Below, one piece after another: positions 27,088 to 35,724 of a stretch of DNA of 37,894 nt. The notes beneath the pieces were generated by a model. That model did no database searches. It was not told the origin of the DNA and saw nothing but the letters and a program-made list of their open reading frames with translations. The DNA lies in NCBI GenBank assembly GCA_051382335.1, contig JBBCAX010000285.1:1-37894 (forward strand), in the 5' to 3' direction. Made by a program: the position numbers and the translations under genes. This DNA comes from Deltaproteobacteria bacterium TL4. GTDB taxonomy: Bacteria > SAR324 > NAC60-12. The number at the start of each line of letters is the position of its first letter. Position 1 is the first letter of the stretch.

Positions 27088-29888
27088 CGATTGTTTTTCC
27101 TGAGGGATTGGGGGGATAAAATTTCATTAACGACATCACCGGATAAGGCCTTTCCTTTGGCTGCGTCATGATAACGACTGTCGACCTTTTTCGTGACTTC
27201 AATCAGATCCTCCTGGGTTCTGATAATTCTGGGGCGAATGAAGAGGATCAGGTTGGTTTTTTCAACCTCATTACTGGTATTCCGAAATAACCATCCGAGT
27301 AAGGGAAGATCCCCAAGACCTGGAACTTTAGAACCGCTTGAAGAGACTTTTTCGTTGATCAAGCCTCCTAGCGCGACAATATCGCCATCCCCGGTTAAAA
27401 CCGCGGTTTGTAATTCACGCTTAAGAGTCACCACCCCCGACTGATCAATATCCACGGGTTTGGCGACAATGTTACTGGACGTTTCCTTAACCACCAGACG
27501 GATACTGTCTTCCCCACTGATTTGAGGACGAATGGTCAGTAAAATCCCTACATCACGATATTCAATCTGAGTGGTTCGGTTTCCATTGGCATCAACAACC
27601 GAATTGGTCCCTACAGGGACAACCGTCGCGACGTTAATAGTCGCTTCCTCATTATTCAACATCAACAGTTGAGGATTGGAGAGCACATTGATTTCAGAGT
27701 CTGTTTGAGTGGCTTTGATGAAAGCACCAAAGCTGAAGAATTTGCTTCCTCCCAGCGTTAACTGTTTTCCACCGACAAAACCCAAGGTATGATTCGCAAG
27801 GTTTGAAGGCGCCTGTTCTTCTGAAAGGACATTGACATTTTTTGAAAAACTGGCGGCGGCAAGGGAATTTTTGCTGGCAGGGCCTCCTGCGGTCCAGTTC
27901 ACACCAAGTTCAAGACTTTTGCTGAGTGAGACTTCAACCACCATCGCTTCAACATAAACTTGTAACCGGCGAATATCCAACTGCTTGATGATCCGGTCCA
28001 AGGTAGGGAAAACTTCATTAGGACCAAAAATCAAAAGAGAGTTGGTGGCCTCATCGGCACTGATGGAAATATCCGCGCCCTTTTTATCGGGGGTTGCCGG
28101 AGTTTTAGGGATCGCCTCCGCGGAAACGGTCGCGATGCCTTTGGTTAATTCTTTCAATAAGGTGGCCAGATCCTTCGCGACCGCGTATTCCAGAGGATAA
28201 ACCTTGAAGTTCCCCTGGCCTTCACCTACGGAAACATCCAGTCTGTCAATCAAATCCATCGCTTTTTCCGTGGTTTGCGGGTTGGCGATGATGAGCAAGG
28301 CATTCAGTCTTTTTTCCGGAATGATTTTGATATCTGAATCAACATCCGGTGCTTTGTCTTTGACGACTTGAGCTTGCTGGGCAAAGACTTGCTTTAACAT
28401 CTCCGCGACATCGGTCGCTGACGCATATTGCAGGAGGTGAAACGTGATTTTAAAACTACTGTTGCCTTCAGGAACATCTAATTCATTGACCAAATTCAAA
28501 ACACGCAGCGTGGAAAAATTATCCGCAATAATTAAAAGCGAATTTAAACGCGTTTCCGCAAAGATTTGAACAGGACTTCCTACGGCGGTTCCTCCCGTGC
28601 CTTTTCCGGCCACAATTTGGTCAGAAAAAATTCGGGAAAGCAGGGGGGCCACGATTTTCGCGGAGGCGAATTTCAAAGGATGTAACCTGATTTTTACATC
28701 CCCTCGAGCGACATCCAGCTTTTTGATAAGATTGATCATTTCTTCTGTTGTGCCTGAATCTGAAATGAGAATTAACGCATTCAGGTTGTCAAAGGGCATA
28801 ATCTTTGTCGCAACAGGAACGGAGTCTGTGAGCTTCAAGGAGGAAGAGGCCTCATCGACTTTCGGAGGTGCTGCGGGGACTGGTGCCGCCGGTGCTGTCG
28901 CGGGTGGCGATGTCGGCGCGACCGTCAGCGATGGAGCGTTGGACGATGTTTGAAATATTTTAGTCAGCAAGGGCGCAAGTACATTGGCAGAGGCAAATTT
29001 GAGTTCGTAGACGGTTAATGTGGCTCCGGCACCCTGGGCACTGATATCAATTTTTTCTAAAAAATCCAAGATTTCCTCTGTCATGAGTTTATTAGCCAGG
29101 ATGATCAAAGAATTTAATCGTTCCTCAATAATAAATTTTATATTTTCCCGACGTCCATTCCTGACAATATTGGTAAACAAACTGGAGACTGTGCGATGAA
29201 TATCTTTCACCTGGCTGTGCTTCGTTTGATAAAGGGTGACCTGTTGCCTGCTGGCTTCAGGTTCCTCAACATCCAGAACATTCACAATTTCCACAATCCG
29301 TTGAACATTAACCTGAGTGTCAATGACGATTAATAAATCCAGGGGATCGTAAGTGATGATCACTCCTGTTTTTGAAAAAATCGGGGACAACGTCCCTTTG
29401 ATCATTTTGAGATCCGCATATTGGATGTGAATCAACTGCATCAGAAATTCATTTTTGGGGTCTTTAACCGGTGCGCCTCCTTCCTTTGACATTTCCAACT
29501 TTGCGTAACGGGCGTCTCGGGACGGTATAATTTCCACAATATTACTGTCGATTCTCCGGACCATCGTCAGTCCTTGGGTGGAAAGCAACTGTTCAAAAAT
29601 AAAAAACGCATCCTCAGGAGTTACTTTGATATTGGGTGGAGACGTAATAGACATTTTTCCACGCAGATTCTTTTCTTCATAAACAAAAACCGTGTTGGTC
29701 TCAGAGGCAATGATTTTGATGAATTGGGTCAAGTCAATCGTGGCGGGAAGGTTGATATAAACCTGTCCCTTTGCAGGCGCTGGAGTGCTTTTGGGGGGAA
29801 CCGCAAACAAAACGGTGGCAAGACTTAAGCAAAGCCCTGTAAGCAAGAATTGATAAAGCCAGCGTTTCCCATCAATTTTCATAGTCAT
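27084..29888 (-). CDS. gspD: Type II secretion secretin with six N-domain repeats
   Basis: Signal peptide, N0 domain, six NolW-like repeats, QVYVEAMVVEV, LSNPQLLMLNNEEA and KVPGLGDLPLLGWLFR...TNLILFIRPRII; 934 aa. Confidence 0.92.
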   Translation of the reverse strand: MTMKIDGKRWLYQFLLTGLCLSLATVLFAVPPKSTPAPAKGQVYINLPATIDLTQFIKIIASETNTVFVYEEKNLRGKMSITSPPNIKVTPEDAFFIFEQLLSTQGLTMVRRIDSNIVEIIPSRDARYAKLEMSKEGGAPVKDPKNEFLMQLIHIQYADLKMIKGTLSPIFSKTGVIITYDPLDLLIVIDTQVNVQRIVEIVNVLDVEEPEASRQQVTLYQTKHSQVKDIHRTVSSLFTNIVRNGRRENIKFIIEERLNSLIILANKLMTEEILDFLEKIDISAQGAGATLTVYELKFASANVLAPLLTKIFQTSSNAPSLTVAPTSPPATAPAAPVPAAPPKVDEASSSLKLTDSVPVATKIMPFDNLNALILISDSGTTEEMINLIKKLDVARGDVKIRLHPLKFASAKIVAPLLSRIFSDQIVAGKGTGGTAVGSPVQIFAETRLNSLLIIADNFSTLRVLNLVNELDVPEGNSSFKITFHLLQYASATDVAEMLKQVFAQQAQVVKDKAPDVDSDIKIIPEKRLNALLIIANPQTTEKAMDLIDRLDVSVGEGQGNFKVYPLEYAVAKDLATLLKELTKGIATVSAEAIPKTPATPDKKGADISISADEATNSLLIFGPNEVFPTLDRIIKQLDIRRLQVYVEAMVVEVSLSKSLELGVNWTAGGPASKNSLAAASFSKNVNVLSEEQAPSNLANHTLGFVGGKQLTLGGSKFFSFGAFIKATQTDSEINVLSNPQLLMLNNEEATINVATVVPVGTNSVVDANGNRTTQIEYRDVGILLTIRPQISGEDSIRLVVKETSSNIVAKPVDIDQSGVVTLKRELQTAVLTGDGDIVALGGLINEKVSSSGSKVPGLGDLPLLGWLFRNTSNEVEKTNLILFIRPRIIRTQEDLIEVTKKVDSRYHDAAKGKALSGDVVNEILSPQSLRKNNR

Positions 29889-30591
29889 TCTTCCTCGAAG
29901 TGTGTTGGGTACTTAACCACCATTGAGACCATTGTAAGTCCAGCGGTGTCGTGATTTTGAGATTAAAAATTTCTCCTGGGACGGTGTCTACCTTCATTCC
30001 CATTTTTTCAAATAAAGAAGCATCGTCGGTGACTTGCCATTGTTCTTCCCTTGCTTGCTGATACGCCTGAAGGAGTAATTCTGTTTGAAAGCCTTGGGGG
30101 GTTTGTGTCGCAAATAACTGTGATCGATCCAGAACCTTCGTCTGGTCAGAAGACACTTGTCGAATGGTATCCGTTAAGGGCACAATGGGAATCACCGCTT
30201 TTGACTGGGCACACTGTTTCAACACCTGATCAATTAACGCATGAGAACACCAAGGCCTGGCTCCATCGTGAACCAAAATCCATTTTGGCATTTGGGGTTG
30301 TTGTTGAATCACCATCAACGCATTATAAACTGAGTCTTGACGCTCTTTTCCTCCCGTCACCTCTGTTATCTGCTGTTCCTGTCCTTCAATTAAAGGCTGT
30401 AACACGTCATGGTCCTGTTGTGCAACAACCAAATAGATGTGCGAAATACGGGGATGAGTTTGAAAGACAAGCAGGGTTCGTTCCAGAATCGTCTTCGCCC
30501 CTAGCGGGAGTAACAATTTATTACATCCGGCATCCATCCGCTGTCCCTTCCCTGCTGCCGGAATAATTACAGCGGTATCCTTCCTTGACAT
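29872..30591 (-). CDS. ispD: 2-C-methyl-D-erythritol 4-phosphate cytidylyltransferase
   Basis: PAAGKGQRM, GGKERQDSV, VHDGARP, QTPQGF, TDDAS and NLKITTPLDL motifs. Confidence 0.96.
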   Translation of the reverse strand: MSRKDTAVIIPAAGKGQRMDAGCNKLLLPLGAKTILERTLLVFQTHPRISHIYLVVAQQDHDVLQPLIEGQEQQITEVTGGKERQDSVYNALMVIQQQPQMPKWILVHDGARPWCSHALIDQVLKQCAQSKAVIPIVPLTDTIRQVSSDQTKVLDRSQLFATQTPQGFQTELLLQAYQQAREEQWQVTDDASLFEKMGMKVDTVPGEIFNLKITTPLDLQWSQWWLSTQHTSRKNDYEN

Positions 30592-30745
30592 GCTGCTCTC
30601 AGTTTATATACTTTTTTCTTTTTGCGCCTCTCTATGTATCCTCACGATGAAGTCCTTACCCGGCTTTTTAGTATAATCCCCTAGAGGTTTCAAGAGAATT
30701 AATCGGAATCTGCAGAAAGTTCGTGTTTGAGGAAAAGGCAAGCAT

Positions 30746-30768
30746 GTAAATAATTCTGAATTATTTAC
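30746..30768. other. Perfect 11-1-11 palindrome
   Basis: GTAAATAATTC-T-GAATTATTTAC, upstream of ispD; its right arm contains the target site of the adjacent MITE. Confidence 0.6.
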
Positions 30769-30970
30769 TGATGTTACGTGTCTGAATTTTGCAGCACACC
30801 ATAATCTGCAAAAGAAATCGAAATCTAGTCAAGAGGGGGTGGGGAATAGGGATTGGAAAGCATTTCCATTCGAACACTTATCCATGCCCCATGCCCCATG
30901 CCCTTTGTCGCAGAACTGGAATCTCCGAGCAAAAAACAGCTTTTTGCAAAATCTATACATGTAACATCAG
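30768..30970. mobile_element. 203-bp MITE with 7-bp TSD and a nested short-repeat element
   Basis: TSD TTATTTA at 30761-30767 and 30971-30977. 26-bp TIRs CTGATGTTACGTGTCTGAATTTTGCA / rc CTGATGTTACATGTATAGATTTTGCA (22/26). Internal GGGGAATAGGG...CCATGCCCCATGCCCCATGCCC heptamer run. Confidence 0.82.
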
Positions 30971-30977
30971 TTATTTA

Positions 30978-31157
30978 TTGGCTGTCCTTAAATCCTCCAT
31001 TGTGGTAAGGACTCTCAGGGGGCGCATTGGAACCGAGGGAAGGATGAGTCTCTTTGGGTACGCGGATAAAGAGGCTGCCTGCAAAAAGGTGGAAGTCCTC
31101 AAGCATGGGTATGTTCAGAAGATTCAACCGACCGTTCAACTCTCTTTTGAGTTTTAA
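30978..31157 (+). pseudogene. WGR-domain protein relic
   Basis: VVRTLRGRIGTEGRMSLFGYADKEAACKKVEVLKHGY resembles WGR (WGRIG..G...A...K..GY). The expected W codon is AGG, one change from TGG. The 5' part is missing. Confidence 0.5.
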
Positions 31158-31221
31158 ACTATAAACTGCGTTTTTAGTGGGTGTCCTATGGAGCAAACAA
31201 AAATCTTGGTGTGATTGGATC

Positions 31222-31344
31222 GGGGTTGGGTCTAACTTCGGCCAGGGGTAGCCTCGGGTTTCGCCCCGAGGAACAATGTGCGCAGTATCCCCTGGGACGA
31301 AACCCAGGGCTACCGTCAAAATGGCCGAACTTAGAGGCAACCCC
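31222..31344. mobile_element. 123-bp MITE with 8-bp TSD (copy 2, inverted)
   Basis: TSD ATTGGATC at 31214-31221 and 31345-31352; 114/123 identical (hand count) to the reverse complement of 18906-19028. Confidence 0.9.
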
Positions 31345-31536
31345 ATTGGATCAAAGAGTTCCCACCAGTTACAGGAGGCGAGTCAAAAAGTTGGGTGGTG
31401 TTTGGAAGGGAAAGCTCTATGGATGGAAAATGGAAAGGATGAAAGTAAAGTATTTAGACATCCAGCATCAGATTATTGCAATGTAATGGGGACAAACAAT
31501 TGAATAGAAAATTACTCTAAAGAATAGGAAATATTA

Positions 31537-33637
31537 ATGTCAGTACAAACGCATAGTCAGACCGTAAGTTTTATCTGGAGTATCTGCAATTTGCTCCGTG
31601 GCCCCTAAACGCAACGAATATCGAAAAGTCATTCTCCCTTTGACTATTCTACGGCGCTTTGACTGCATTCTTGAACCGACCAAAGATCAAGTACTGGTGC
31701 AGTTTGATAAACTTAAAGGCAAATCAGAAACTATGGTCAGCGCTAAACTTCGAGAAACATTCGGTGTCCCTTTTTACAATCTGTCAAAATTGACTTTTAA
31801 AAAACTACTGGATGACCCGAATCAAATTGCACCGAACCTCAATAGCTATATTAACGCCTTTTCGCCTAATGTGAGGCAGATATTCGAGAAGTTGGACTTT
31901 GGTTCCCAAGTCAACAAAATGAATGAGAAAAATCTGCTGTTCAATGTAGTCAAGAAGTTTGCTTCGGATGAAGTCAATCTTTCTCCGTCGAATATGGACA
32001 ACATGCAGATGGGCTATGTCTTTGAGGAACTGATTCGGATCGGTGCGGAACAATCGAATGAAGAGGCAGGAGAACACTTTACTCCCCGCGAAGTCATCAA
32101 GCTGATGGTCAATTTGCTTCTTTCCCCTGAAACAGACTTGAGGAAAAGCCATGTAGTCAAATCCATCTATGACCCTGCTTGCGGTACTGGCGGTATGCTC
32201 TCGGTGGCGGAAGACTATATCAGAAAATTAAACAATGATGCCCAGCCCCACCTGTTCGGACAAGATTGGAACGATGAAGCCTATGCGATCTGCCGAGCAG
32301 ATATGCTGATCAAGGGCGAAGATTCGGACAATATCAAGCCTGACTGTACCTTTGAGAAAGACGGATTTCCCAAGGAAAAATTCGATTATATGCTGGCTAA
32401 TCCCCCCTTTGGCGTGGAATGGAAACAACAGCAAAAAATGATTGAAAATGAAAAATCAACCCTTGGCTATGATGGTCGCTTTGGGGCGGGTACTCCTCGT
32501 ATTAATGACGGTTCATTGTTATTCCTTCAGCACATGATTTCCAAAATGCGCCAACCGGAAGAAGGCGGAAGCCGTATCGGGATTGTATTCAATGGGTCTC
32601 CTCTTTTTACCGGGGACGCGGGAAGTGGTGAATCAAACATTCGTGAGTGGATTATTACTCATGACTGGCTGGAGTCGATTATCGCTCTACCGGATCAGCT
32701 TTTTTATAACACCGGTATCTCAACTTACATCTGGATTGTCACCAATCGAAAGGAAAAACGCCGTACCGGAAAGATTCAGCTTATCGATGCACGGGAGTTC
32801 TTCGTCAAGATGCGCAAGAGCCTTGGGAACAAGCGGAATCAGATTGGTGACGGTGAAGAAAATCGACCAAACCAGATTGCACAGATTAGTAAAATTTACG
32901 GCAATTACCAACACAACGAATCCCGCACCGTGGAAATGGATGGCATCAAAAAACAGGTGATTGTCAGTAAAATTTTTGATAATGCCGACTTCGGGTACAA
33001 TAAAATCACGGTTGAGCGACCTTTGCGCCTGAATTTTCAGGCAAGTATCGAACGCATCGCCCTTTTGGAAGACCTTCGCGGATTCCAGAAGATTGCTGAA
33101 AGCGACAAGAAAAACGAGACCCTTCGTCAACAGGAAATTGAAGCTGGAACTAAACGTCAACAGGCGATTAAAACCATGCTGGGTGATTTGGCTAAAGCTA
33201 CAGCCGGAAAATTATTCAAAGACCGCCTCATTTTCTTGAAAGAACTAAAAGCTATCGACCAGAAATCGGGAGTTCGCTTGTCTGCTCCCGAGCTGAAAAT
33301 AGTTCTGGAAGCCCTAAGCGAAAATGATGAAACTGCCGAAATCTGCCGGGATGCTAAAGGCAATTCTGAAGCCGATGCCGACCTGCGCGATACTGAAAAC
33401 GTACCCCTCAAGGAAAATATTGATAAATACTTCAAGCGTGAAGTGCTCCCCCATGTGCCTGATGCCTGGATCGACCTCAGTAAAACAAAAGTCGGTTATG
33501 AAATTCCCCTCAACCGTCATTTCTATCGCTATGAGCCTCCCCGCGCTCTGGAAGCTATTGCCGACGATATCAAAGGACTGGAAACGGAAATTGTGGCTAT
33601 GTTGGCTGAGATTACTGGAAGTGCGGATGTGAAATAA
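31537..33637 (+). pseudogene. hsdM: Type I R-M methyltransferase subunit, frameshifted near codon 24
   Basis: ATG 31537 gives MSVQTHSQTVSFIWSICNLLRGP-stop (TAA 31606). The +1 frame continues KRNEYRKVILPL...GEHFTPR, YDPACGTGGM and NPPF. Confidence 0.88.
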
Positions 33638-33686
33638 ACCACGAAATACACGAAAAGATTTTTTAATTGAGGAGAACAGGAAGTGT

Positions 33687-34712
33687 ATGAAAAACAAATT
33701 GCCGCAAGAGAATGAATTTTCTGAAGTTTTGAGACTCATCCAGGAGGGGCGCAATCGTGCGTTTCACGCTGTCAATGTCGCTCTCATCGAAACTTATTGG
33801 TCTGTAGGGGAATGCCTTTCCCGCAAAGTGGCTGAGTCAGGATGGGGGAAAGGGATTGTGAAGCAACTTGCTGAATGGCTATTCCAAAAAGCTCCAGATA
33901 TCAAAGGTTTTTCAGCATCTAATCTTTGGCGTATGAAGCAGTTCTATGAAACTTATGCCGACAATGAAAAACTCGCAACACTGTTGCGAGAATTATCGTG
34001 GTCGAAGCATCTGCTCCTTTTAGCACAGTGTAAGTCCTTGGAAGAAAAAGAGTTTTATTTAATTTCATCGACTCGATCAAATTGGTCTTATCGAGAGTTG
34101 GCTCGTCAAATTCAATCTAGCACCTTTGAACGAACTATGCTCGCCGATCAAAAACTCGCGGCACTGCCGCGAGTTTTACCCCAAAATGCTGAGGGCGTTT
34201 TCAAAGACCTCTATTTGCTGGATTTCTTAAACCTTTCCGATCCCCATACCGAGTCCGATTTGCAAACCGCCCTGGTGCAGAATCTCCGCAAATTTCTTCT
34301 GGAACTGGGGCATGGTTTTACCTTCGTCGGTGAAAAGGTTCGTCTGCAAGTGGGAAATACTGATTTTGAACTTGATCTGCTATTTTATCATCGTGATCTG
34401 CAATGCCTGGTGGCTATTGAACTGAAGACGGTGAAATTTGAGCCTGCGCACCTGGGACAACTTTCATTTTATCTGGAAGCTCTGGATCGGGACCACAAAC
34501 GCCCCCACGAAAAACCTAGCATTGGGGTACTGTTATGCCGCAGCAAAGATGATGAGGTGGTGGAATATGCCTTGAACCGCACCCTTTCTCCTGCCCTGGT
34601 GGCTGAATATGAGACAAAAATGATTCCCAAAGCCCTGCTCAAGCAAAAAATGCATGAATGGACAGCACTTTTCGAAGCCGGAAAAGCTCAATCGGAGGCT
34701 TACGATGAATGA
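33687..34712 (+). CDS. DUF1016/YhcG-family PD-(D/E)XK nuclease-like protein
   Basis: YWSVG, WGKGIV, GFSASNLWRMKQFY, LSWSK, FKDLYLLDFL, FLLELG.GF.FVG, DLLFYH and AIELK motifs. Confidence 0.93.
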   Translation: MKNKLPQENEFSEVLRLIQEGRNRAFHAVNVALIETYWSVGECLSRKVAESGWGKGIVKQLAEWLFQKAPDIKGFSASNLWRMKQFYETYADNEKLATLLRELSWSKHLLLLAQCKSLEEKEFYLISSTRSNWSYRELARQIQSSTFERTMLADQKLAALPRVLPQNAEGVFKDLYLLDFLNLSDPHTESDLQTALVQNLRKFLLELGHGFTFVGEKVRLQVGNTDFELDLLFYHRDLQCLVAIELKTVKFEPAHLGQLSFYLEALDRDHKRPHEKPSIGVLLCRSKDDEVVEYALNRTLSPALVAEYETKMIPKALLKQKMHEWTALFEAGKAQSEAYDE

Positions 34713-34788
34713 GGGGTTAACCACGAAAAACACGAAAGGCATGAAATTGAAACCCTATCCCCAATATAAACCCTCCGGCGTGGAATGG
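34693..34788 (+). repeat. 96-bp duplicate of the hsdS 5' junction (other copy 35705-35800); encodes a 34-aa stub at 34705-34809
   Basis: 83/96 identical, with the last 39 bp identical; stub MNEGLTTKNTKGMKLKPYPQYKPSGVEWFKTNSI. Confidence 0.92.
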
Positions 34789-34851
34789 TTTAAAACGAAT
34801 TCGATTTGAAACGCAGTGCTTACCCAATGAATCTGTAAAAGGAGATATCCC

Positions 34852-35724
34852 ATGACTCAAGAAACAACCCTCACCGTATTCGAAAATCAGCAAATCCGGC
34901 GTGTGTACGATGAAAAAACCGAAACCTGGCTTTTTTCGGTGGTGGATATTATTGCGGTACTTACCAGCCAGTCCGATTATCAAACCGCACGAAAATATTG
35001 GAACAAGCTAAAAGAGCGGCTCAAAAAGGAAGGCAGTCAAACGGTGACAAATTGTCACCAGTTGAAAATGACCGCTGAAGACGGAAAAATGCGCTTAACC
35101 GATGTCGCCAGCCCGGAAACACTCTTGAGGCTCATTCAATCGGTACCAAGTCCCAAAGCCGAGCCGATAAAACTATGGCTGGCCAAAGTAGGCTATGAAC
35201 GTATTCAGGACATGAGCGACCCCGCCCGGTCTCTTGATCGCGCCCGTGAATATTGGCAGCAGCACGGGAGAAGCGAAAAATGGATACAACAGCGGATGAT
35301 GGGGCAAGAAACCCGCAATAAACTTACCGATTACTGGAAAGACCACGAAATCAAGGGCGATAAAGAATACGCAATCCTGACCAATATTATTCATCAGGAA
35401 TGGAGCGGTGTTCCGATTAAAAAACATAAAGAAATAAAGGGACTTAAATCCCAGAATCTGCGGGATCATATGAGTGAGGCTGAACTTATTTTTACTGCTC
35501 TTGCCGAACTGTCAACCCGACAAATTGCCGAAAGTGTCAATGCCAGCGGTATGGTAGAGAATTCCGAAGTGGGCAAGAAGGGCGGTAAAATCGCCAAAGG
35601 GGCACGGCTTGAGCTGGAAGCAAAAACTGGAAAAAGCGTGGTTACCGCTGAAAATTTTCTGCCTCCAAAAGAATCGGCGAAACAGATCAAATCCGGCAAA
35701 GATACGGAGGACGGTGATGAATGA
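34852..35724 (+). CDS. Bro-N domain (phage antirepressor-like) DNA-binding protein
   Basis: FENQQIRRVYD, WLFSVVDII, RKYWNKLKERL, DGKMRLTD, IQSVPSPKAEP.K.WLAKVG and NLRDHMS motifs; AAGGAG RBS. Confidence 0.9.
   Translation: MTQETTLTVFENQQIRRVYDEKTETWLFSVVDIIAVLTSQSDYQTARKYWNKLKERLKKEGSQTVTNCHQLKMTAEDGKMRLTDVASPETLLRLIQSVPSPKAEPIKLWLAKVGYERIQDMSDPARSLDRAREYWQQHGRSEKWIQQRMMGQETRNKLTDYWKDHEIKGDKEYAILTNIIHQEWSGVPIKKHKEIKGLKSQNLRDHMSEAELIFTALAELSTRQIAESVNASGMVENSEVGKKGGKIAKGARLELEAKTGKSVVTAENFLPPKESAKQIKSGKDTEDGDE

Noticed and set aside
1176..30566. Numerous short antisense or overlapping ORFs in the track
   Set aside because: Shadows of well-supported genes on the other strand or frame, with no independent motifs.
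105..31344. Repeats as a CRISPR array or integron attC sites
   Set aside because: No regular repeat-spacer periodicity, no cas genes and no intI; the elements are dispersed hairpins with TIRs/TSDs.
34852..35724. Prophage, inferred from the Bro-N antirepressor-like gene
   Set aside because: No integrase, structural or replication genes; such genes are common R-M passengers.
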